64,000 nt of DNA from Desulfobacteraceae bacterium (GTDB lineage Bacteria; Desulfobacterota; Desulfobacteria; Desulfobacterales; Desulfobacteraceae), in assembly GCA_024225635.1 (NCBI GenBank), contig JAAEMK010001003.1, positions 3,740-67,739 on the forward strand. The letters run 5' to 3'. Below are positions 38,232 to 47,096 of this stretch, piece by piece. The notes beneath the pieces are model-generated. The model did no database searches. It had not been told where the DNA came from and saw only the letters and a list, made by a program, of their open reading frames with translations. The position numbers and the translations under genes were made by a program. How positions within the stretch are numbered: the stretch's first letter is position 1; every line of letters starts with the position of its first letter.

Positions 38232-39206
38232 ATGCCTGATTCGCTTTTAAAAGTAGAAAATCTGAAAGTCCATTTTCCCCTCAAAAAGGAATTCCTCTCA
38301 TTGAAAAAACGATATGTCTATGCGGTGGACGGCATATCGTTTTCAGTAAACGAGGGGGAAACCCTTGGAATCGTGGGTGAAAGCGGTTGCGGAAAAACAA
38401 CGGCCGGGCTTTCCGTTCTGAATCTTGTAAAACCCACCGGCGGGAATGTTTTCTTCAGGGGCAAAGAGATCACGGATCTGTCAAGGCTGCCGAAAGAAGA
38501 GCAACTGAAATTAAGAAAAGAGATGCAGATTATTTTTCAGGACCCTTATTCTTCGTTGAATCCAAGGGCTTCCTTAAAAAGCATACTGGATGTTCCCATG
38601 AAAATTCACAACATGGGATCGCCAAGGGAGAGAAGTGAAAAAATAGAATACCTGCTTGAAAAAGTGGGCCTCAGACCGGAACATTCCTCCCGTTATCCCC
38701 ATGAATTCAGCGGCGGCCAGCGCCAGAGAATCGGCATTGCAAGGGCGCTGTCCCTTGATCCGTCCATTATCATCGGGGACGAACCTGTTTCCGCCCTGGA
38801 TGTATCTATTCAGGCTCAAATTATAAATCTTCTCCTTGACCTTCAGGACGAATTCAACCTTGCATACATAATTATCGCCCACGACCTTGCCGTGGTGGAA
38901 CACGTGGCGGACAGAATCGCCGTAATGTACCTTGGCAAAATAGTGGAGCAGGCGGATTATAAAGATATTTATACCTCGCCGCTTCATCCCTATACCCAGG
39001 CGCTGCTATCCGCAATCCCAATCCCCGATCCCCATATGGAGCGAAACAGAATCCTCTTGAAAGGGGATGTGCCGAGCCCCATCGATCCACCCAGGGGATG
39101 TTCGTTCAATACAAGATGTCCTAGGAAAAAAGATATTTGCGAGCAAGTGGAACCGGAACTGAAAAAAGCCGGTGACGGTCATTTTGTCTCATGCCATTTT
39201 GCATAG
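38232..39206 (+). CDS. Peptide ABC transporter ATP-binding protein (DppF-like)
   Basis: GESGCGKT, IFQDPYSSLNP, YPHEFSGGQRQR, DEPVSALDVSIQAQ, GDVPSPIDPPRGC. Confidence 0.94.
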   Translation: MPDSLLKVENLKVHFPLKKEFLSLKKRYVYAVDGISFSVNEGETLGIVGESGCGKTTAGLSVLNLVKPTGGNVFFRGKEITDLSRLPKEEQLKLRKEMQIIFQDPYSSLNPRASLKSILDVPMKIHNMGSPRERSEKIEYLLEKVGLRPEHSSRYPHEFSGGQRQRIGIARALSLDPSIIIGDEPVSALDVSIQAQIINLLLDLQDEFNLAYIIIAHDLAVVEHVADRIAVMYLGKIVEQADYKDIYTSPLHPYTQALLSAIPIPDPHMERNRILLKGDVPSPIDPPRGCSFNTRCPRKKDICEQVEPELKKAGDGHFVSCHFA

Positions 39207-39252
39207 CTGATGGTCGATAATTTTCGTGGTTCCAGAGAGCTTCTATGGTGTC

Positions 39253-39420
39253 ATATTTATGGTGTCAGGCTTAGCTTATATTTATGGGGTCAGGCTTAGC
39301 TTATATTTATGGGGTCAGGCTTAGCTTATTGCCATTGCCAAACTGGCAATGGCAATAAGCTAAGCCTGACCCCGGAACGAAAGAGCCTGACCCCGGAACG
39401 CAAGGGCCTGACCCCGGAAG
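39253..39420. repeat. REP/MITE-like repeat cluster (GGGGTCAGGCTTAGCTTATTG family), copy 2
   Basis: Three 25-bp tandem units (39253, 39278, 39303), a perfect 30-bp IR 39311-39340 / 39344-39373, and three GCCTGACCCCGGAA copies at 21-bp spacing (39364, 39385, 39406). Confidence 0.9.
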
Positions 39421-39433
39421 CTTTAAATTACTG

Positions 39434-42148
39434 TTAGTTCAGGTCCCTGATGGCGGCCTGGGCCGCAGCAAGCCTTGCAATGGGCACCCGGTAGGGTGAG
39501 CAGCTCACATAGGTGAGTCCGGCCCTGTGGCAGAATTCCACGGAAGCGGGATCTCCGCCGTGCTCGCCGCAGATGCCAAGCTTGATGTCCGGCCGTGTCT
39601 TCCGGCCCCGCTCCACGGAGATTTCGATGAGTTTACCCACCGCCTCCTGGTCCAGGGTTTCAAAGGGATCGGCTTCAAGGATGGCGTTGTCGATGTACTC
39701 GTTCATGAACGAGCCGATGTCGTCCCGGCTGAAACCAAAGGTCATCTGGGTCAGGTCGTTGGTGCCGAAGGAGAAGAACTCGGCATGCTTGGCCATGCGG
39801 TCCGCCATGAGCGCCGCCCTGGGGATCTCGATCATGGTGCCGAACTGGTGGTCGATGGCGTCGGCGCCGTACTTTGCCAGGACCTCTTCGTAGACCTGTT
39901 CTGCGATTTCTTTGATGTAAAGAATTTCGTTCTCATTGCAGGTCACTGGAACCATGATCTCGGGACGGGGCGTCTTGCCCTGGCCGATCAGCTCGGCGGC
40001 CGCCTCAAAGATCGCCCTGATCTGCATGGCGGAGACCTCGGGGTAGGTGATGCCCAGGCGCACGCCCCTGTGGCCCATCATGGGGTTGGACTCCTTGAGG
40101 TCGAGGCTTCGTTTTTCCACCTCATCGAGGTCGATGCCCAGCTCCCTTGCAAGCTCTTCCTGGTTCACCCTGGACTGGGGTACGAACTCGTGGAGGGGGG
40201 GATCAAGAAGCCTGAGTGTGACCGCTTTATCGTCCATCACCTCGAGGGTGCCCTGGATCTCCTTTTTGACAAAGGGGAACAGTTCATCAAGGGCCCGCTG
40301 GCGTTCGTCAAGGGATTTGCTCAGGATCATTTTTCTCAAGAGGAACAGGGGCCTGTCGGAATTTGCACCGTAGAACATGTGCTCAATCCTGAATAGGCCG
40401 ATGCCTTCGGCGCCGAATTTCAGGGCCTGGGCCGCATCTGCCGGGGTGTCCGCATTGGTCCTGACCTTCAGTCTCCGGTAGCGGTCGGCTTTGGCCATGA
40501 AATCCTGGAACCTGGGGTTCTCGGTGGAGTTCTTCATGTTGAGTTTGCCTTCATAGGCAATGCCCTTGGTGCCGTTCAGGGTAAAAACATCCCCCTCCTT
40601 GAAGACCTGTCTTCCTGCGGTCAGCTCCCGCTTTTCGTAGTTGATCATGATGCCGCCCGCACCCACGATGCAGCATTTGCCCCATCCCCTCGCAACAAGG
40701 GCCGCATGGCTTGTCATGCCGCCCCTGGCCGTGAGGATGCCGGCCGCGGCCCGCATGCCCTCGATATCTTCGGGGTTGGTCTCGTCCCGGACAAGGAGCA
40801 CGGTCTCTCCGGTTCTCTCCCGTCTTACGGCTTCTTCGGAGGAGAACACGATCTTGCCGAATGCGCCGCCGGGGCCTGCCGGAAGACCCTGGGCAATGAC
40901 GGTCGCGCTCTTTTCCGCATCGGGATCCACCACGGGATGGAGCATCTCGTCCAGCTGCTTGGGGTTGAGCCGGTTGATCATGGTGATCTCATCGATGAGG
41001 CCCTCTTCAAACATGTCCATGGCCATGTTCAGGGCGGCGGTTCCCGTCCTTTTACCCACACGGCACTGGAGCATGTAGAGGGTTCCTTCCTGGATGGTGA
41101 ACTCGATGTCCTGCATGTCCTGGTAGTGATTTTCCAGCAGGGTCCGTATTTCGGCAAGCTGCTTGTAGATTACGGGCATTGCCTCTTCCAGGGAGGGAAG
41201 GTCTTGGTTGTGGTTGGATTTGGTGCTGTTGTTGAGGGGGTTGGGGGTTCTTATGCCGGCCACCACGTCTTCGCCCTGGGCGTTGGGCAGCCACTCCCCG
41301 TAAAATTTGTTGTCCCCGGTGGCGGGGTCCCGGGTAAAGGCGACGCCTGTGGCGGATTTGTCACCCATGTTTCCGAACACCATGCTCTGGACATTGACCG
41401 CTGTGCCCCAGTCGTCGGGAATGTGCTCGATCCGTCTGTAGGAGACGGCCCGTTTACCGTTCCAGCTCTTGAAAACAGCGCCGATGGAGCCCAGGAGCTG
41501 GTCCTGGGGGTTGTCCGGAAATTCGCAGCCCAGGGACTCCTTGACTCTTTTCTTGAACTTCTCACACAGGGTCTTCATCTCCTGGGCGCTGATGTCCGTA
41601 TCACTCTGGTAGTTACGGTCATTCTTGAGGTCGTTCATGATCATTTCAAGGTGGAGCCGGATGCCCATGCCGTCCTTGGGCTCTATGCCTTCCGCCTTTT
41701 CCATGACAACATCGGAATACATCATGATCAGACGCCTGTAGGCGTCATAGACAAACCATTCATTGCCTGTCTTTTTGATGAGACCGGGGATGGTGGCCGA
41801 GCACAACCCTACGTTGAGCACCGTTTCCATCATGCCGGGCATGGAGCTCCTGGCGCCTGAACGGCTTGAGATCAGCAGGGGGTTGTCGGGATCGCCGAAC
41901 TTCATCTCCATGGAGTCTTCGATCTTTGCCATGGCCTGGTCGATCTCATGGTGAAGGGATTCCGGCAATGTACCGCCGGCCTTGAAATAGTCGTTGCAGC
42001 ACTCGGTTGAAATTGTAAATCCGGCGGGCACGGGAAGCCCGAGCCTTGCCATTTCGGCCAGGTTGGCCCCCTTACCGCCCAGAAGGTCCTTCTGGGCCGC
42101 ATCTCCATCCGCTTTGCCGTCGCCAAAGCCGTAGATGTATTTAGTCAT
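39434..42148 (-). CDS. ppdK: Pyruvate, phosphate dikinase
   Basis: LLGGKGANLAEM, RSGARSSMPGMM, phospho-His GGMTSHAA, RLLDPPLHEF, GTMIEIPRA, SFGTNDLTQ, GICGEHGG. GAGGAG RBS. Confidence 0.97.
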   Translation of the reverse strand: MTKYIYGFGDGKADGDAAQKDLLGGKGANLAEMARLGLPVPAGFTISTECCNDYFKAGGTLPESLHHEIDQAMAKIEDSMEMKFGDPDNPLLISSRSGARSSMPGMMETVLNVGLCSATIPGLIKKTGNEWFVYDAYRRLIMMYSDVVMEKAEGIEPKDGMGIRLHLEMIMNDLKNDRNYQSDTDISAQEMKTLCEKFKKRVKESLGCEFPDNPQDQLLGSIGAVFKSWNGKRAVSYRRIEHIPDDWGTAVNVQSMVFGNMGDKSATGVAFTRDPATGDNKFYGEWLPNAQGEDVVAGIRTPNPLNNSTKSNHNQDLPSLEEAMPVIYKQLAEIRTLLENHYQDMQDIEFTIQEGTLYMLQCRVGKRTGTAALNMAMDMFEEGLIDEITMINRLNPKQLDEMLHPVVDPDAEKSATVIAQGLPAGPGGAFGKIVFSSEEAVRRERTGETVLLVRDETNPEDIEGMRAAAGILTARGGMTSHAALVARGWGKCCIVGAGGIMINYEKRELTAGRQVFKEGDVFTLNGTKGIAYEGKLNMKNSTENPRFQDFMAKADRYRRLKVRTNADTPADAAQALKFGAEGIGLFRIEHMFYGANSDRPLFLLRKMILSKSLDERQRALDELFPFVKKEIQGTLEVMDDKAVTLRLLDPPLHEFVPQSRVNQEELARELGIDLDEVEKRSLDLKESNPMMGHRGVRLGITYPEVSAMQIRAIFEAAAELIGQGKTPRPEIMVPVTCNENEILYIKEIAEQVYEEVLAKYGADAIDHQFGTMIEIPRAALMADRMAKHAEFFSFGTNDLTQMTFGFSRDDIGSFMNEYIDNAILEADPFETLDQEAVGKLIEISVERGRKTRPDIKLGICGEHGGDPASVEFCHRAGLTYVSCSPYRVPIARLAAAQAAIRDLN

Positions 42149-42336
42149 TGTCTCCTCGATTGATATTAATAAACTTGATTTGGTATTAATAAATATTAAA
42201 GGTATTAATAAGATTGGTGAAACTTGTAAAATATAAACAGACTTGAAGTCAAGGAATTATTGAAAGATATCTATATATCACAACCCGGCAATTCAATGTT
42301 TAAAAATTTACCTCTTGGTGGTATGATTCACGAATT

Positions 42337-44187
42337 ATGATAAACATTGAATCGATATCAAAGGGGTTTGGCGGACAGGTTCTCCTTTCCAATACGGGTT
42401 TACAGATAAACACCGGGGAGAAGATCGGCCTTGTGGGACGGAACGGCCATGGCAAGACAACGCTGTTGAAGATGATCACCGGCCGGGAGGAGCCCGATAC
42501 CGGCTCTATCCGAATTCCCGGGGACTACAGGCTTGGCTATTTGACCCAGCACATCGACTTTACAGAGAACACCGTTCTTGAGGAGTGCGTGCTGGGACTT
42601 AACGAAAACGAGCGGGACCACTACTGGAAGGCGGAGAAGATCCTTGCAGGACTAGGGTTCTCCAACGAGGACATGCAGCAGAGCCCGGACGCCTTTTCCG
42701 GCGGATTCCAGGTGCGGCTCACCCTTGCCAAGGTGCTGATCTCGGAGCCGGATCTCCTGATTCTGGATGAGCCCACCAACTATCTGGACATCACCTCCAT
42801 CCGGTGGATCTCGGGATTCCTTCGCTCCTGGCCAAGGGAGATCCTCATTGTTACCCATGACAGAAGCTTCATGGATTCGGTGGTCACCCACATTGCGGGC
42901 ATTCACCGGGGCGTTATCCGTAAGATCGAGGGGGGCACGGACAAATATTACGAGCAGATTCTCCAGGACGAGGAGGTCTATGAAAAGACCCGGGTCAACG
43001 AGGAGAAGCGGCGCAAGGAGATGGAGGTCTTCATCACGCGGTTCCGGGCCAAGGCAAGGCTTGCCGGCATGGTCCAGTCCAGGGTCAAGGCCCTCTCCAA
43101 GATGGAAAAACGCGACAGCCTGAGCAAGATGGAGTCCCTGGAGTTCTCCTTCAAGGATCTTCCCTTTGCCGGAAAGCAGGTGATGCGGGGTGAACATTTA
43201 AGCTTTGCCCACGACCCTGAAATTCCGCTCATAAACGATTTCAGCTTTACACTGGCGCCCGAGGACCGGGTGGCCATCGTGGGCCGGAACGGCAAGGGCA
43301 AGACCACCCTGCTGAAGCTTTTGGCCAACAAGCTCAACCCTGTTTCCGGCTCGGTTTCCTACAATCCCGGGGTGGAGACGGGCTATTTTGAGCAGACCAA
43401 TATCGAGTCCCTCAACCCCACCTCGACCGTGGAGGAGGAGATCCTCTTTTCCCATAAGGACCTTGACCGGCAGCAGGCAAGGAACATCTGCGGGGCGGTG
43501 ATGTTTGACGGGGACAACGCCTTGAAACGCATTTCGGTGCTTTCGGGGGGTGAGAAGAGCAGGGTGATGCTGGGGAAACTCCTTGCGCAGCCCCTGAACC
43601 TCCTGCTGCTGGATGAGCCCACCAACCATCTTGACATGGAATCCTGCGATTCCCTGGTGGCCGCCCTTGACAATTTCGGGGGTGCGGTGGTGCTTGTCAC
43701 CCATAACGAGATGTTTCTCCATTCCCTTGCCAACCGGCTCATCGTTTTTAAGAACGACACCGTCTTCATGTTTGAGGGAACCTATGACGAGTTCCTTGAG
43801 AAAGAGGGGTGGGACGAGGAGGAGGCCGTTTCCGAAGCACCGGCGGATAAGGGGCTTAACGGGTCCAAAGTCTCCAAAAAGGAGATGCGGAAGGTGAGAA
43901 GTGAAATCATCGCCCGGCGCTCCCGGGAGGCTGGTCCCCTGAAAAAGCGGGTCCAGGCCATCGAGGAGGAGATCGAAGCCCATGAAGCCGAGCTTGAGAC
44001 CCTCAACGCCAGGATACAGGAGGCGGTGGACCGCCAGGACGGGAAGACCATTGCGGAGCTCTCCTGCGGTATAGGGGAACATCAGAACCGAATCGACGAC
44101 TTGTTTGATGATCTGGAAATTTGTTCCGAAGAACTTGATGAAAAGATGAAAATGTTTGAAGAGAAGCTGAACGAGCTTGAAAGGTAA
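42337..44187 (+). CDS. ABC-F family ATP-binding protein
   Basis: Two ABC cassettes (GRNGHGKTT/FSGG/LDEPTNYLD and GRNGKGKTT/LSGGE/LDEPTNHLD), no TM segments, C-terminal coiled coil. Confidence 0.93.
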   Translation: MINIESISKGFGGQVLLSNTGLQINTGEKIGLVGRNGHGKTTLLKMITGREEPDTGSIRIPGDYRLGYLTQHIDFTENTVLEECVLGLNENERDHYWKAEKILAGLGFSNEDMQQSPDAFSGGFQVRLTLAKVLISEPDLLILDEPTNYLDITSIRWISGFLRSWPREILIVTHDRSFMDSVVTHIAGIHRGVIRKIEGGTDKYYEQILQDEEVYEKTRVNEEKRRKEMEVFITRFRAKARLAGMVQSRVKALSKMEKRDSLSKMESLEFSFKDLPFAGKQVMRGEHLSFAHDPEIPLINDFSFTLAPEDRVAIVGRNGKGKTTLLKLLANKLNPVSGSVSYNPGVETGYFEQTNIESLNPTSTVEEEILFSHKDLDRQQARNICGAVMFDGDNALKRISVLSGGEKSRVMLGKLLAQPLNLLLLDEPTNHLDMESCDSLVAALDNFGGAVVLVTHNEMFLHSLANRLIVFKNDTVFMFEGTYDEFLEKEGWDEEEAVSEAPADKGLNGSKVSKKEMRKVRSEIIARRSREAGPLKKRVQAIEEEIEAHEAELETLNARIQEAVDRQDGKTIAELSCGIGEHQNRIDDLFDDLEICSEELDEKMKMFEEKLNELER

Positions 44188-44192
44188 TTCCA

Positions 44193-44399
44193 ATGGAGAA
44201 ACGAAAATTTCAGTTGATTTGGGGCGGTGCCCTTGTGATGGCGGGACTTGGTGTGTTTTACAGGATTCCCCAGGTGATGCCGAAGGTCGCAAGCATCACT
44301 TTTTTTTCAGGCGCCCCGGGTATCGTTAAGTTTTGTTTTTACGTGCTCGGCATTCTCCTTGTCTATGGCGGCGGGAAGAAGATCTATGATAACCGGTAA
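44193..44399 (+). CDS. Small two-TM membrane protein
   Basis: 68 aa with two hydrophobic helices; fills the gap between the ABC-F gene and pilB. Confidence 0.7.
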   Translation: MEKRKFQLIWGGALVMAGLGVFYRIPQVMPKVASITFFSGAPGIVKFCFYVLGILLVYGGGKKIYDNR

Positions 44400-44424
44400 C
44401 TCAACCTAGAAATATGGGCTGCGA

Positions 44425-46638
44425 ATGAATACTCAATCCAGGGCCAGGTCAACCTCATTGACCAAGACCATCAAGGATCAGTCAGGAGCAGGCAGGGTGC
44501 GCATCGGTGAGCTCCTCTCCAAGGAGGGGCAGATCACCAGCAACCAGCTCCAGAGCGCACTTGCACAGCAGAAGAAGGGCGGGGCAAGGCTTTCCAATGT
44601 GTTGCTCACCATGGGGTTCATCGATCCGGACACCATTGTCAACGTACTGGGCCGGATCTACAACTACCAGGTCGTAAGGCTGGCGGATATCAAGCCGAAT
44701 CCGAAGATCCTGGAGATGCTTCCCTTTGAGATCGCAAAGAAATACCTGGTCTTCCCCCTGGGCATGAAGGGGGATGAGCTTGTGGTCACCATGACGGAGC
44801 CCACGGACACCACGGCTGTTGAAGAGCTTCAGCAGGAGGTGGGCAAGACCCTCAAGATCTGCGTGTCAACTGAAAACGATGTGATCGAGGCCTACCGGGA
44901 CTTCTACAAGATCAGTGAGGAGGAGTACCGGGAGTTCATTCATTTTGAAGAGGAGCAGGAGCCGGACGAGCCTGTCACCTCGGTGGACGACTTTGGTTCC
45001 CTGGTGTCCGAGGCGGCAGGGGAACTCGAGATCGAATCCGTTGGCGAGGACGATGAGTATGACGAGTTCCGGGCCTCGGATGCACCCATCATCAAGCTTG
45101 TGAACGGAATACTCATCAAGGCGGTCAATGACGGGGTGAGCGATATCCATATCGAACCCTTTGAAAAGGCTCTCCAGGTGCGGTACCGCCTGGACGGTTC
45201 TCTTTACAAGGCCATGAACCTGCCTCTGACCATCAAGAATGCCGTGATCTCAAGGCTCAAGATCCTGGCCGAACTGGACATTGCCGAACGCAGGATTCCC
45301 CAGGACGGCAGGATCAAGCTCAAGTTCGGGAAACGCAAGGCGGTTGATTTCCGGGTCTCCACCCTGCCCACCCTGTTCGGCGAGAGCGTGGTCATGCGTA
45401 TCCTTGACCAGAGCGCCCTGAATGTGGATCTGTCAAAGCTCGGGTTCGAGCCCGACACCTTTGACGGCATCAAGCGCTGCATAAACCAGCCCTATGGCCT
45501 CCTTCTGGTCACAGGCCCTACGGGTAGCGGAAAAACCACCACCCTCTACTCGCTTCTCAACCGTCTCAACAAGGAGGATACAAAGATCCTCACGGCCGAG
45601 GACCCGGTGGAGTTCAATTTCAGGGGGATCAACCAGGTGCCTGTGAAGGACGAGGTGGGCATGACCTTTGCCGCGGCCCTGAAATCCTTTCTGCGCCAGG
45701 ATCCGGACATTATCATGGTCGGGGAGATCCGGGATATCGGTACGGCGGAGATCGCCATCAAGGCCGCCATGACCGGCCATTTGGTTTTCTCCACCCTCCA
45801 TACCAACGACTGCCCCTCCACCATCGGCCGGCTCGTGGACATCGGCATTCCACCATACATGCTGGCATCCTCCGTCTCCATGGTGCTGTCCCAGCGCCTG
45901 GCCCGGCGGCTCTGTCCCGAGTGCAAGCAGGTTGTCACGGGCTACGATCCCAAGGATCTGGAGCTTTACGGTTTTTCCAAGGATGAGATTCCCGATCTCA
46001 AATTTTATGGCCCCAAGGGGTGCGGCAACTGCAACGGCACCGGATACAAGGGCAGGGTAGGGCTCTATGAGCTCATGGAGGTGACGGACGAGGTGGCCAA
46101 GGCCATCAATGCCGCCGTTGCCGAGGACCAGCTTAGAAAGCTCGCCATCCAGGAGGGAATGAAAACCCTCCGGGACGCGGGCCTCATCAAGGTGCGCCAG
46201 GGCGCAACCTCCCTGGAGGAGGTGCTCAAGAAGACCACCATCACCAAGGAGGCCCTGCCGGCCTACCTTGTCAATCCCGATGTGGAGCGCTACGAGGACA
46301 AGGATGTGATCATCCGGGAGGGCAACACGGACATCGATTTTTTCAAGCTGGTCCAGGGAGCCGTCCATGTTGTCAAGGGCGGAAAGAAGATCGCCGAGAT
46401 TACCCAGCCCAACGAGTATTTCGGCGAGATGTCCGCCATCACCGGAGAACCGCGGTCCGCATCCATCGTTTCAAAGGGACGGTCTGTGATAAAGCGGTTC
46501 CCGGGGGGCAAGCTTTCCGAGATCATCGAAAAGTACCCTGATGTGGCCACCCACCTGTTCGGGGTGCTTGCGGGCCGCCTTGACCGGGCCGACAAGATAA
46601 TGGTCAACATGATCCGGGGCATGAAGAAAAATTCTTGA
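44425..46638 (+). CDS. pilB: Type IV pilus assembly ATPase PilB with C-terminal cNMP-binding domain
   Basis: MshEN RIGELL motif, SDIHIEP, LDIAERRIPQDGR, VTGPTGSGKTTTLY, LRQDPDIIMVGEIRD, TGHLVFSTLHTND, two CxxC motifs; extra domain IIREG...YFGEMSAITGEPRSAS. Confidence 0.92.
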   Translation: MNTQSRARSTSLTKTIKDQSGAGRVRIGELLSKEGQITSNQLQSALAQQKKGGARLSNVLLTMGFIDPDTIVNVLGRIYNYQVVRLADIKPNPKILEMLPFEIAKKYLVFPLGMKGDELVVTMTEPTDTTAVEELQQEVGKTLKICVSTENDVIEAYRDFYKISEEEYREFIHFEEEQEPDEPVTSVDDFGSLVSEAAGELEIESVGEDDEYDEFRASDAPIIKLVNGILIKAVNDGVSDIHIEPFEKALQVRYRLDGSLYKAMNLPLTIKNAVISRLKILAELDIAERRIPQDGRIKLKFGKRKAVDFRVSTLPTLFGESVVMRILDQSALNVDLSKLGFEPDTFDGIKRCINQPYGLLLVTGPTGSGKTTTLYSLLNRLNKEDTKILTAEDPVEFNFRGINQVPVKDEVGMTFAAALKSFLRQDPDIIMVGEIRDIGTAEIAIKAAMTGHLVFSTLHTNDCPSTIGRLVDIGIPPYMLASSVSMVLSQRLARRLCPECKQVVTGYDPKDLELYGFSKDEIPDLKFYGPKGCGNCNGTGYKGRVGLYELMEVTDEVAKAINAAVAEDQLRKLAIQEGMKTLRDAGLIKVRQGATSLEEVLKKTTITKEALPAYLVNPDVERYEDKDVIIREGNTDIDFFKLVQGAVHVVKGGKKIAEITQPNEYFGEMSAITGEPRSASIVSKGRSVIKRFPGGKLSEIIEKYPDVATHLFGVLAGRLDRADKIMVNMIRGMKKNS

Positions 46639-46984
46639 CCAAGATGCCTGCCGCCCGTTGGCCTTGCCTCCTGTTGTTTCTAATTGTGAAAAAAAAATCC
46701 CAACAGTATGAAATAAATGTTATATGAATCATGTTTTTTTCAAAAAAGAAGGTTAATTTTACATTTTTTTTGTTTAAATCAAAAGATGAATGTTCTTGAT
46801 ACTGTGAAAAGTATGTCATTAAAATAATAAATTTGCCCACAAAATTGCGGTTTTCTTTTTTTGTTCAATGATTGTTTGACAATTATTGAATTTTTTGATT
46901 TGACTCAAATGTTTTTGCAGTGACAGCAATGACGGACAATCAGGGCGATTTTCAGGGAATTTTTCCTGGAACCGTGAATCTCTT

Positions 46985-47000
46985 TGGCACAGTAATTGCT
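46985..47000 (+). promoter_or_regulatory. Sigma54 (RpoN) -24/-12 promoter
   Basis: TGGCAC-AGTAA-TTGCT matches TGGCAC-N5-TTGCW, about 100 bp upstream of wecB. Confidence 0.8.
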
Positions 47001-47096
47001 ACGATGGATCTTGCCCGATCACAGCTTTTTTAAGAGCTGGTTACCCCATGTAACCCAGGAAGCGGAGCTATATACTCACCCTAATAGAGGTTGCCG

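Noticed and set aside
39253..39420. Possible CRISPR array
   Set aside because: The units are directly tandem or inverted with no unique 30-40 bp spacers, and no cas genes are present.
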